From the IMG/VR virus record IMGVR_UViG_3300032268_000986, positions 62,001-126,000 of that record: a stretch of DNA of 64,000 nt. One strand, 5' to 3'. Shown here in pieces: positions 19,215-28,128 of the stretch. Position 1 is the stretch's first letter, and every line of letters starts with the position of its first letter. The translations under genes and the position numbers were made by a program. The notes beneath the pieces are model-generated. The model saw only the letters and a program-made list of their open reading frames with translations, was not told the DNA's origin and searched no databases.

Positions 19215-19522
19215 AGTACAAACCAACTCAGTGTTTTGTCTTCGTCTATATAGATACGATAGTCGCCGTACTTGACAGCATACGCCCAGGTGGAATTGAT
19301 GTCGTCCTCTTGATAGTCCTCTTGATTGCGAATTTTGTTGCGCATCATTTGATAACGAGTCTCAACATCTTGGCTCCACCCAAATTGCTGGTTGAACCAA
19401 CGCCGGCAACGATCAAAGTCCAACACGCCAGTGCCATGACCATGGTCTTTGTTGAACTCCACAAGGTACCGGTAACCATGCCGAGTGTACCGGTTGTCCA
19501 TCTTGGTAATTTTATATTTCAT
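19193..19522 (-). CDS. Hypothetical protein
   Basis: ORF in co-directional run. Confidence 0.65.
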   Translation of the reverse strand: MKYKITKMDNRYTRHGYRYLVEFNKDHGHGTGVLDFDRCRRWFNQQFGWSQDVETRYQMMRNKIRNQEDYQEDDINSTWAYAVKYGDYRIYIDEDKTLSWFVLCHPVSP

Positions 19523-19592
19523 ATGATGTCAAGTAGAAAAGGGCTGTGTAGCACACAGCCCGTGTATTTGATCTACACAGCCCTTCCCTGAC

Positions 19593-20675
19593 TTAGGCCG
19601 AAGCCTGCAAGATGTACTTGCCAAAGCGCGAGTGGAACTCGTCAAAGTTCTTGAGCTTGGTGGGCAGGAAGGGCAAGTCGTATGTGGTCAATGCAATACG
19701 AGCACCCATCACTGTCAACTCAGTCTCAAAGTTCTTCATCATGTAGCCCAGGAAGTTGTCGGCCATTTCATGGAACTTCTTGTCTTCCACTTTGTTTTCA
19801 ACTGCACTCTTGAGCTCATAGCACATGGAGATCACCAGGCTGTACATGGCCGACACTTCTTTGACCTGCAAGTCCTTGACCTTGCCTGCCAAGATGTCTG
19901 CAGGATTGGGCATGCGGCTTGCAACCTTGCGGTGAGCCATGAACTTCACTGCCAAGCCTTCACCAATTGTGCCTGCAATCAAGTTGGTCAGGGTATCGTT
20001 GTCGCCGTCGTCATCCAACAGCTGGCTCACAAAGGTCCATGAGCGCGGTGTAGCAAACGAACGCGAGCTAGACTTGGAATCAAAGTCATACAAGTCTTGC
20101 TTGGCAAAACTCAGGTAACCCACCACGTCTTTGTGGATGCGGTTTTGCACTGCCCACTCTTGCCAAGATGCAAAGTCCACCTTCATCTCTTGGTGGATAA
20201 AGCGGTTGGCCAACGGAGTCGGCATGCGATATGTAACACCTTTGTCGCTTTCACGGTTGCCTGCGGCAACCATCACAACATTGTCGGGCAAGAAATACTT
20301 GCCAATGCGTCGATTCAAAATCAACTGATAAGCCGCACTCTGCACACTCGGAGCAGCCGAGTTCATCTCGTCCAAGAACAGCACCACAATAGGATACTGG
20401 CTGGCAGTTTCTGCATCGGGCAAGTCCACTGGAGCCGCCCAGTCCATTTTACCCGAGTCTTTGTTGTAGAAAGGAATACCACGAATGTCTGTGGGCTCCA
20501 TCTGACCCAGGCGCAGATCATACATGATGCCGCCAAGATCTCGAGTGATGCCTTCCACCAGCTCACTCTTGCCAATTCCGGGAGGACCCCACAGGAACAA
20601 AGGACGCTTGACTTGGAATGCTTTGAGCAGGGATTTTTTTGCTTGAACAGCGGTAACGGTGCGTGTATCTGACAT
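19593..20675 (-). CDS. MoxR-family AAA+ ATPase
   Basis: Walker A GPPGIGKS, Walker B LFLDEMN, AAGN, LANRF, ATPRSW. Confidence 0.92.
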   Translation of the reverse strand: MSDTRTVTAVQAKKSLLKAFQVKRPLFLWGPPGIGKSELVEGITRDLGGIMYDLRLGQMEPTDIRGIPFYNKDSGKMDWAAPVDLPDAETASQYPIVVLFLDEMNSAAPSVQSAAYQLILNRRIGKYFLPDNVVMVAAGNRESDKGVTYRMPTPLANRFIHQEMKVDFASWQEWAVQNRIHKDVVGYLSFAKQDLYDFDSKSSSRSFATPRSWTFVSQLLDDDGDNDTLTNLIAGTIGEGLAVKFMAHRKVASRMPNPADILAGKVKDLQVKEVSAMYSLVISMCYELKSAVENKVEDKKFHEMADNFLGYMMKNFETELTVMGARIALTTYDLPFLPTKLKNFDEFHSRFGKYILQASA

Positions 20676-20735
20676 GGGCTGTGCCTTTAAAAGTTTGTTG
20701 CTAAGTGTTAATTGTAGTTGAAACTGAAATATCTG

Positions 20736-20906
20736 TCAACTGTTGACAGTGTCAAAAGGACTAAACATTTCTTCGTTGGTTTCCTGCGACAGTTCTTCGT
20801 AGACCCACTCCACAGGGATCTCAAGATATCGTGCAATGGTACGGGGTTCGTATCCTTCTTCCAACATCCCTTGAATGTCCAGGCTAAGTTCGCTCATCTT
20901 GCTCAT
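20736..20906 (-). CDS. 56-aa hypothetical protein (not in ORF track)
   Basis: Hand translation MSKMSELSLDIQGMLEEG...; SD aaggag. Confidence 0.6.
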   Translation of the reverse strand: MSKMSELSLDIQGMLEEGYEPRTIARYLEIPVEWVYEELSQETNEEMFSPFDTVNS

Positions 20907-21184
20907 TATGCAGTCTCCTTGTCCATGATGTAAGTGAATAAAACAAATTTGGCGCGGTTCAGTTGCTGACGAGCATCTTCGGCTCGCATGCTGTCAACTT
21001 CACCGTATTCGGTATTGACCATTTCTTGTGCATCACTCATCATTGATGCCACAACCATTGCAGGTCCTGAAAAACGGAAACTAGGACTAGATTCCACTGC
21101 TTCACGCATCTGCGCTTCGGTGCAACCGTACATGCGGACCTCGTTGATTTCGCGAGTGGTAAGTCCTTGAAATGCTGTTCTCAT
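20906..21184 (-). CDS. Hypothetical protein
   Basis: SD aaggag, own promoter. Confidence 0.7.
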   Translation of the reverse strand: MRTAFQGLTTREINEVRMYGCTEAQMREAVESSPSFRFSGPAMVVASMMSDAQEMVNTEYGEVDSMRAEDARQQLNRAKFVLFTYIMDKETA

Positions 21185-21260
21185 TGCTGGCTCCTTTTTG
21201 TTACACTATGCCTATATTATAGCAAATTGTGAATAATTGGTCAACCGTTTTGTTCTGGCA

Positions 21261-21656
21261 TTAGTTATTAAATGTCTGTGTAAACACTCGCCCGCGATAG
21301 CTAAATGTGACTATTTCACCTTGCTGAATCTGTACAGGAATAAATCGGCACACTTGTCTTTGTTCTATTCTAGACGAATCACGACCAACCTCATTGCCAA
21401 TGGCGCCACCTATCAATGCTCCAATCACAGTGCCAGCCAATTGGTCATTTCGATTGCTGCCTAGTGTACTTCCCAACAGGCCGCCGGCCACAGCACCGAC
21501 GGTGCCTGGCCCAGAACTGCCCTCTCGTTGAAATTCCTGCATGTGGCATTGTTGTTGTTGCACAGTGACCAGTCTCGGCTGTACATTTACCACATAGACA
21601 TCTTGTGCCGCTGCCGCCAATGGAAGGGTTAGTAATATTGTCAATAACTTTTTCAT
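21261..21656 (-). CDS. Glycine-zipper 2TM (YcfJ-like) exported protein
   Basis: Signal peptide; GAVAGGLLG...GALIGGAIGN. Confidence 0.82.
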   Translation of the reverse strand: MKKLLTILLTLPLAAAAQDVYVVNVQPRLVTVQQQQCHMQEFQREGSSGPGTVGAVAGGLLGSTLGSNRNDQLAGTVIGALIGGAIGNEVGRDSSRIEQRQVCRFIPVQIQQGEIVTFSYRGRVFTQTFNN

Positions 21657-21714
21657 TAAAATCTCCTTGTTGCTGTTTAATTATAGCAAATTGGGAATTC
21701 CTGGTCAACCAAAA

Positions 21715-21966
21715 TCAATTGGCCATCAAATCAATTTGAACTTGAATGCCTTCGTGCGTGATACCCACACCTACTGGACGAGCTTCGCCGCGATTGGGAC
21801 TGACTCGGCGGATGTAAGCCAGGTGATTGATTGCCTTGCGCAGAGCATCACCATGCGAAACTGTGGCTGTTTTTGTAAACAGATCGTTTATAGTTCCGTA
21901 CATGCCAAAACCGTTGACAATGTAGCGAATTCGGGTGCTGTTGCTAAAACCGGTAACGTGTCGCAT
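21715..21966 (-). CDS. Hypothetical protein
   Basis: SD aaggag, own promoter. Confidence 0.7.
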   Translation of the reverse strand: MRHVTGFSNSTRIRYIVNGFGMYGTINDLFTKTATVSHGDALRKAINHLAYIRRVSPNRGEARPVGVGITHEGIQVQIDLMAN

Positions 21967-22036
21967 CTGGGGCTCCTTTGTTGCTGTCTATGTGTATATT
22001 ATAGCAAATTGGGCATTTCTGGTCAACCAGTAAAAA

Positions 22037-22054
22037 TGTTGTATTTTTACAACA
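22037..22054. promoter_or_regulatory. Palindromic operator-like site TGTTGTA-N4-TACAACA
   Basis: Related copies at 18904-21, 49224-41, 49647-64, each upstream of a -35 box. Confidence 0.6.
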
Positions 22055-22061
22055 TTAATAC

Positions 22062-22262
22062 TCAAGTAGTACGATAAAATTCTACTTTGTTGCGCAGGGA
22101 TTCAATCTCGTCGGCGGCCTCTTCCAAAAGATCACTGATGCGATCTCGGGCGCCCTCTTGCACACTTTTTCTGTCTTGATTTTGCCTGCGTATTTCGGCA
22201 CGTTTTCGTAGACGGAACACCAGACTTTGTTCGCTGACCGGCAGGTGTGATTCGTCGTTCAT
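22062..22262 (-). CDS. Hypothetical protein
   Basis: ORF with RLRKRAEIRRQ...DLLEEAADEIE. Confidence 0.65.
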   Translation of the reverse strand: MNDESHLPVSEQSLVFRLRKRAEIRRQNQDRKSVQEGARDRISDLLEEAADEIESLRNKVEFYRTT

Positions 22263-22383
22263 TGTTTTACCTTTTGCAGATCTACTAGGTGATATCTGCT
22301 GAAGGGATAATTTTCATTAAGCCACTCCAGCAGATCTGGTTCCCAAGGAAATTGTATGCTACCATCATGGTTGGTAATAATAA

Positions 22384-22893
22384 TCATGATTTCACACGAG
22401 TGATAACACTGGCATGCTGCCACAACACACGATCACCACGGGTCATTACTTCCAACAACAATCTCTTTTCTTCCAAGTATGTGCGAGCAAACTTTGCGTC
22501 ATGCTCAACAATGCTTCTAGTGTTAGAGATCAAATCAGCCAACTTGACGGTCTGAGCCTCAGCCGGTGCTGCCGCTGTATGAGCACGATCAATGGCCTTG
22601 CGTGTGGTACGATTGCCTTGTTCAGGCCTTGACACATCGGTCAACCATCCCACCAATTCAGCAACCTTGTCACCAAATTCAGCACGAATTACTTCGTTGG
22701 TGACACCAGTGTCTTCGACTACATCATGCAACCAGGCCGCTGCCAACATCTCGGGAGTGTGATCCACTGTTGCAACAATGCCAGCAACTTCACGAGGGTG
22801 AACGATGTAAGGCTCCATGGTGTACTTGCGCAATTGAGCCACGGCCGAATGAGCCGCAGTGGCAAATATTCTAGCACGTTCAACTATTTCCAT
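22384..22893 (-). CDS. HD-domain small alarmone hydrolase (Mesh1/SpoT-hydrolase-like)
   Basis: H..Q.RKY...PYIVHP, LHDVVEDT, VKLAD.ISN. Confidence 0.85.
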   Translation of the reverse strand: MEIVERARIFATAAHSAVAQLRKYTMEPYIVHPREVAGIVATVDHTPEMLAAAWLHDVVEDTGVTNEVIRAEFGDKVAELVGWLTDVSRPEQGNRTTRKAIDRAHTAAAPAEAQTVKLADLISNTRSIVEHDAKFARTYLEEKRLLLEVMTRGDRVLWQHASVITRVKS

Positions 22894-22940
22894 GATATCT
22901 CCTTAACAATGCTGTATTATAGCACATGAGCGAATTTCGG

Positions 22941-23402
22941 TCAAGCGTACCAGATTTCACTAAACCCTTCCTCGTGTGTGGGCATTTCAAAGTTCCATAC
23001 CATGTCCCACAGCACAGCTTCGGGGATGACTTTGCCCGGCCGAGTCTTTAGTCTACGCTGATGTTCCTCTTCGTCTGGAGTCTGAAACACCACAGCAATG
23101 TGCTCATAGTCCGGCAACATGCGGAATTTACGCCTGCGGCTAGCAAAACTAGTTGACGTTTGATCCCAGATAATATCATGCCCGTGATTGCGAGCATGTA
23201 CAACAACCTTGGACATTAGGTCCACTGCTGTGGGCATGTATTCTTCAAACACTTCTGAATAAGTTTTGCCTTGAGCTCTAGCATAGTCTTCCACAAATGA
23301 ATCTGTGCTGACCACAGTCAGTCCCAGAGCCCAGATTTGATTCTGGACCCAGGTACTCTTGCCCGATGCCGGAACTCCAATCAGTTGATAACATCTAGGC
23401 AT
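22941..23402 (-). CDS. P-loop kinase (polynucleotide-kinase-like, AAA_33)
   Basis: GVPASGKST, VVSTD, IIWDQT, RRR, PxxEEGF. Confidence 0.82.
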   Translation of the reverse strand: MPRCYQLIGVPASGKSTWVQNQIWALGLTVVSTDSFVEDYARAQGKTYSEVFEEYMPTAVDLMSKVVVHARNHGHDIIWDQTSTSFASRRRKFRMLPDYEHIAVVFQTPDEEEHQRRLKTRPGKVIPEAVLWDMVWNFEMPTHEEGFSEIWYA

Positions 23403-23411
23403 ACACTCTCC

Positions 23412-23957
23412 TCAATAGTGAGATCGAATCTCACCCTTTAATGCATCTGCAATCAATCGGTCCATGTCACTGGCCACACATCCTGTGGCATCAAATGCCA
23501 CATCTCTAGCACGATATTTTTCCAGGCCAGTTTTGTTGCCATGCACATGACCATAGAAGTGTACTGATCCACGATGCATTTGGTCCCATTCCCAGATGGG
23601 ATAGTGAAACATTATCACCAACTGACCATTGTGAACATAACGCAGATACTGATGTGTTTCACGAAAACATTCCCGGAATTTTTGATCCTTGATCAGCTTG
23701 GCATCATGATTACCTTCAATCAAAATCTTGTCACCATTGAGTCGTTGCAGTATTGACACTGCTCGTTCCGCGTTACAAAATGCAACATCACCAAGAATAA
23801 ACGTTTGATCACCAGGATGCACAATCTGATTCCATTCTTGAATCAAACATTCATTCATGTGATCTACATCTCGAAACCCAGCACGAGTCACAGGACAAAA
23901 CTTCATGATGTTGGTGTGTCCAAAATGTAGATCACTTGTGATATAGGTCTTCATCAT
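23412..23957 (-). CDS. Calcineurin-like metallophosphoesterase
   Basis: SDLHFGH, LGD, GNHD, HYP, GHVH. Confidence 0.9.
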   Translation of the reverse strand: MMKTYITSDLHFGHTNIMKFCPVTRAGFRDVDHMNECLIQEWNQIVHPGDQTFILGDVAFCNAERAVSILQRLNGDKILIEGNHDAKLIKDQKFRECFRETHQYLRYVHNGQLVIMFHYPIWEWDQMHRGSVHFYGHVHGNKTGLEKYRARDVAFDATGCVASDMDRLIADALKGEIRSHY

Positions 23958-23964
23958 TTCCTTT

Positions 23965-24432
23965 TTAATAATTGTTTTTAAATGTGCGCCAATCATCAAT
24001 GTTGGGCTTTTCTTGTTCGTCGTATGTCCAACCCAGGGCCTTCATCATGCTATGCTTGACCATCAAGTTTGGACTACGAAAACGCTTGGTATCATCAAAG
24101 CCCATCATGACACCAACCTCGGTCACTGCACCCGACCGGCAAATACCTGCCATGCAATGCACGACCACGTTCATGCGATTGTCTAGCGCATGTTTTAACA
24201 AACTAACAATCTCCTGAGCCTGTGCATCACTGATCTTGGCATCGTCGGGAAAGATGTCAGACTTTTCGGCATCAAGAAATTCAAACCGATGTGTTTCTTT
24301 GAAGTCATGGGCTGGAGTGGGCCACCAACTGGGTGCAGGATCCATGATCTGAATCAGCATGCTATTCGCACCAGCATCGTGATGGAACTTCATGGGCACA
24401 TCAGCGGCGGCTACGTTTTCAATCCAGGGCAT
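23965..24432 (-). CDS. Dual-specificity/tyrosine phosphatase-like protein
   Basis: HCMAGICRS (HCX5R). Confidence 0.85.
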   Translation of the reverse strand: MPWIENVAAADVPMKFHHDAGANSMLIQIMDPAPSWWPTPAHDFKETHRFEFLDAEKSDIFPDDAKISDAQAQEIVSLLKHALDNRMNVVVHCMAGICRSGAVTEVGVMMGFDDTKRFRSPNLMVKHSMMKALGWTYDEQEKPNIDDWRTFKNNY

Positions 24433-24477
24433 AAAATTCTCCTCAATGTTGTATTATAACACAAAGGAGATTTTTGG

Positions 24478-25266
24478 TCAAGTGTCTTTGTGATGATTAG
24501 AGTGTGTGACCAGCCATGCTCGTAACCCGTCAACTGAGTTGAGTTCACGATTCATCTGGTGCCAGTTCTCTAGTACTTTTGTTTGGCCAGTGGTGGCCCA
24601 CTCGGCTACTCCAGCAAGACCAGTTTCGTTGCCCCGACGAATGCCATAGTTGAAGTGCAAACTCTCGCGAGCAAATCCCGGCGGCACCATTCGAGTCTTG
24701 TGCAGTTTACGATAACGATTGTCGTTGATGTAACCCCAGTTTCTACGGAACGGCACAGTGTAGTATTCATTGTCGTCAACTGCCACTGGCAGCGAGTTAC
24801 CCTGCTCGTCAAACCCTTCATTCACAGTGCTGTTGATCTCTTCTTCCAGCACAAACTGTGTGCCCAATTCTGGCATGTCAACATCTGACAGATAAACCTG
24901 AACATTCATGGCCCACTCGGCAGCGTCAAAGTGCGGGTAAAAGTTAGCCCCGCTGAGATCAAGATAACCGCGGCATGTGGCCAAACTCAACCGCTCACCA
25001 GTGAGTTCTTCCAGATAAGGGATCAAGGCAGATCCAAACAGTATAGCATCCAGCCAGTGGTTGTTTTCCATCACAAGACGGTTTGGATACCGGCTGCTCC
25101 ACAGGCTTTCAGTTCTACGAAAATTGTTCTTGATTCTGGTCAACCACTCGTCGTTTAGGAAGTTTTCCAACTGCCACAGGGTGGGGCAAACTGATCGCTT
25201 GTTGTCCCAGTTGAACATGGTGTTCTCTGGATAAGTTAAATTTGGGGGATAAATGGGTTCTGACAT
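24478..25266 (-). CDS. Putative 2OG-Fe(II) oxygenase
   Basis: PHFD (HxD), QVYL, distal H and R. Confidence 0.6.
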   Translation of the reverse strand: MSEPIYPPNLTYPENTMFNWDNKRSVCPTLWQLENFLNDEWLTRIKNNFRRTESLWSSRYPNRLVMENNHWLDAILFGSALIPYLEELTGERLSLATCRGYLDLSGANFYPHFDAAEWAMNVQVYLSDVDMPELGTQFVLEEEINSTVNEGFDEQGNSLPVAVDDNEYYTVPFRRNWGYINDNRYRKLHKTRMVPPGFARESLHFNYGIRRGNETGLAGVAEWATTGQTKVLENWHQMNRELNSVDGLRAWLVTHSNHHKDT

Positions 25267-25270
25267 GTGC

Positions 25271-25522
25271 TTATTTACGATAGGTGCGACGACGTGGTGC
25301 CGGCTCTACCACTTTGGTAAGGTACTCGTTGCCAACTTTGCCTTGCTCAATTTCCAACAATGCAGTGAGAATGGGACCATGCTTGGAAGTGACTCGGGGC
25401 ATGTCTCCACGAGACAGTTCTCGAATTCGATTGCTGGCAATCAGCACCAGATTGTATCGATTGCCCACCATGGCCACTGCGTCTTCACTGGTGAGACCAA
25501 GAGTTTGAATGTTAGAGTTCAT
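25271..25522 (-). CDS. rpoZ: RNA polymerase omega subunit homologue
   Basis: EDAVAMVGNRYNLVLIASNRIREL...TALLEIEQGK aligns by eye with omega [22 protein letters not shown]...IALREIEEG. Confidence 0.85.
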   Translation of the reverse strand: MNSNIQTLGLTSEDAVAMVGNRYNLVLIASNRIRELSRGDMPRVTSKHGPILTALLEIEQGKVGNEYLTKVVEPAPRRRTYRK

Positions 25523-25608
25523 GTATGTCCTTGTGAGTTACAAAGTATTTATTATACACAACTTGTTGATTAAACACAACCTCAGTTGCCCCGTTTATAA
25601 GTACTGTC

Positions 25609-26094
25609 ATGCCCATGCTACGTTTCTATATCGAATACCATTGGGGGCGACGTCGCCCAAATTTGGAATTTTACATGAACAACCAACAGCTATCCCCGCA
25701 ACTGATCTGGTGTGATCGTGTGCTGCCTCATCAAGAAAACATCATACTTGAAACCACGTGCGAATTGGCAAAGCACAATCAATTGCAGGTGGTCATGCGG
25801 GACAAGACTGATCATGATCTAGTGTTTGAAGATTCTGGCATGATTGATCACTGGGCCAAGATACAGGAAGTTGAAATTGATGGCATTCTGGCACAGACGG
25901 CATTGTACTTTTGTTCCAACTTTCGTCATGCCATGAGCAGTGATTGGGTGGAACACATGCGTCAACAAGGGCACACAATTGAACCAGTGTATGCCGGGGG
26001 AACTGACATTAGACTCAATGGCGCATGGACCATGAATTTTAGCACCCCGGTATGGGAGTGGTATGTTAACAACTATGAACAAACTAACAGCTGA
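25609..26094 (+). CDS. Hypothetical protein
   Basis: TAAGTA 5 nt before ATG. Confidence 0.65.
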   Translation: MPMLRFYIEYHWGRRRPNLEFYMNNQQLSPQLIWCDRVLPHQENIILETTCELAKHNQLQVVMRDKTDHDLVFEDSGMIDHWAKIQEVEIDGILAQTALYFCSNFRHAMSSDWVEHMRQQGHTIEPVYAGGTDIRLNGAWTMNFSTPVWEWYVNNYEQTNS

Positions 26095-26797
26095 TTTTTT
26101 TGCCGCCGAGTTTCCTAGATATCAAGTGCCGGGCACTTATGAAAATGCCGTTGCAACTTTTTGGCAAAACACCAAGATACCCTTTGTCGAACTTGACCTT
26201 GACCTGGACATGGACTCCACATACCAATGGTGTGTCAACAACTCAGATAATTTTGATCTAGCATGGAACCAAAGAAAATGGAATCAACACAATCAACACC
26301 AGGGTTCTACATGGTTCAAACGACCACACAGTGAACACCGGTATGATTTAGAAATTCAAGGAAAACGTTTTGCCAGTAAAGTTGACTCGGCTACCAATCT
26401 CACTAGAATTGCCAGGCCCGATGGCGCAACTGATTTGCAAATTCAATTGAAAAAATTAGGAATTGAATATTCTTCTCTCAAACTGGCTAGATTGGATCCA
26501 GGTGGGTACCTTGAACCCCACAAGGACGCATTTCAAGACCCTGACTGTTTGTCTCATGTATGGATTCCCATACACAGCTCTGAGGCCGAGTTAAAAATTT
26601 ATCCCTGGGGCAAACTGCCACATCGCGTGGGATGTGTATATTTGCTGAACAATCAATCTTTTATTCACAGCATTGTCAACACATCTACTCAACCAAGATT
26701 TGTTGCCACCATGCGCTTGATTGTAGACACTGTGCCTGAAAGTATTTGGAACTTGATAAAGCATCAAGTTCAACATCAATGGTTTGACCATGGTTAA
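26075..26797 (+). CDS. Aspartyl/asparaginyl beta-hydroxylase-like 2OG-Fe(II) oxygenase
   Basis: LARLDPGGYLEPHKD, HSIVN...PR. Confidence 0.75.
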   Translation: MNKLTADFFAAEFPRYQVPGTYENAVATFWQNTKIPFVELDLDLDMDSTYQWCVNNSDNFDLAWNQRKWNQHNQHQGSTWFKRPHSEHRYDLEIQGKRFASKVDSATNLTRIARPDGATDLQIQLKKLGIEYSSLKLARLDPGGYLEPHKDAFQDPDCLSHVWIPIHSSEAELKIYPWGKLPHRVGCVYLLNNQSFIHSIVNTSTQPRFVATMRLIVDTVPESIWNLIKHQVQHQWFDHG

Positions 26798-27303
26798 CTG
26801 TTGAGAACCTTGGCCACTGAATTCATAACACTGGCGATACGTCCAATGTCACGAAGTTGTTCCACTGTGTATCCTTCTGAGTTCTTTAGTGTGTCATAGT
26901 GTGCCTTCACACAGAAATGACATTTGCCAACAATACTTGCTGCCAAACTAAATGCTTCAAAGTTGGCCTTGGTAGTTCCGCCATGTGACGCAATAGCGTT
27001 CATGCGCAACTGTGCTGGCAATCCTTTCAATGCAGGATCTTCAGCCATCTCAACATAGGGATACCAAACATTGTTCTGTGCCATAATTGAAGCGGCTGTC
27101 ATTGCAGATTCTGAATGCACTGGAGCATCTGCCAACAGCACTGCAAGTACCCGGCCGTTGCCGGTTGCAGCCAACGCGGCCACAGCACAGCCCATGGCCA
27201 CATCTGCATCCAGTGTGCTACGTAATAACACAGCATCAAGATTTAACTTGGTGTCCTTGGCATAGTCAGGCAGTGCGCCCTTGATTGATTCAATAAAACT
27301 CAT
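26794..27303 (-). CDS. ahpD: Alkylhydroperoxidase AhpD
   Basis: LPDYAKD, MAQNNVWY, CHFCVKAH. Confidence 0.92.
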   Translation of the reverse strand: MSFIESIKGALPDYAKDTKLNLDAVLLRSTLDADVAMGCAVAALAATGNGRVLAVLLADAPVHSESAMTAASIMAQNNVWYPYVEMAEDPALKGLPAQLRMNAIASHGGTTKANFEAFSLAASIVGKCHFCVKAHYDTLKNSEGYTVEQLRDIGRIASVMNSVAKVLNS

Positions 27304-27710
27304 CGGGTCTGTTCTCCTAAAATTTTATACCCGCGACCAGTGGGGTGAACACCGTCGGCACTCATATGATTCTTTGGACGTGGAAGAATGGTGTCTCCGT
27401 ATTCTTTGGCAATCTGAACAATTGCCTCATGTGGAATAGGTTTACGATCCTGCCCTGGATCAATCCAAAAAACTCGAGCTGTGGTTCCGATCTTCTCACG
27501 AACACGTTGCAACTCTGCCTTTGTCCTAACGCCTTTGTGATCATTGGCACCTAGACTAATGATGACCGTTTTTGCAGATAAATCATTTTTCAAATAGTCT
27601 TTATTCCATTGCCATGTGTTCCAGCCGCCTTTGGAATAACTTACACATTCTGGTCTAGCCTGATGTATGCCCACAGCAATGCTATCGCCTAGTATTAAAC
27701 ATTCTAACAT
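27300..27710 (-). CDS. SGNH/GDSL hydrolase
   Basis: GDSIA, LGAND, DGVHP. Confidence 0.85.
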   Translation of the reverse strand: MLECLILGDSIAVGIHQARPECVSYSKGGWNTWQWNKDYLKNDLSAKTVIISLGANDHKGVRTKAELQRVREKIGTTARVFWIDPGQDRKPIPHEAIVQIAKEYGDTILPRPKNHMSADGVHPTGRGYKILGEQTR

Positions 27711-27711
27711 T

Positions 27712-28128
27712 TTATGCTACCTCATCTTTTTTATCACTGGGGAATTTTGCACTGGTGTATCGGATAACCAGTACACTGATGGCAATAACAAATGTGGACC
27801 CGGACACCGCCAGCATTTCACTAATGTTAATAGGCTGATGACTCATGATGTCTACCATGTGTCGGGTCAATGCCGTTATTGCTATGTAAAGTAGAAACCT
27901 AACAGGCATATGGTTGGTTTTAAAATAAATTCCAACCATGGCCCCTATTTCTAAATAGATAAACATCAGCAATAGGTCGCCAACTGTGGCATGGTGTTTC
28001 TGGAACATTTCAAAAAATGTCCATCCTGCGGCCCATACTGTTGCGGCGCCTATGCCAAAAAGTGCCAATCGATGGAATATATCAACTAGTGTATTTCCAA
28101 CTCGATCAACATTTTTTGTGTCTAACAT
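27712..28128 (-). CDS. Phosphate-starvation-inducible PsiE-like membrane protein
   Basis: DLLLMFIYLEIGAMVGIYFKTNHMPVRFLLYIAITALTR. Confidence 0.85.
   Translation of the reverse strand: MLDTKNVDRVGNTLVDIFHRLALFGIGAATVWAAGWTFFEMFQKHHATVGDLLLMFIYLEIGAMVGIYFKTNHMPVRFLLYIAITALTRHMVDIMSHQPINISEMLAVSGSTFVIAISVLVIRYTSAKFPSDKKDEVA

Noticed and set aside
17275-20672. Long plus-strand ORFs opposite the VWA and MoxR genes
   Set aside because: They are antisense shadows of strongly codon-biased genes with no recognisable motifs
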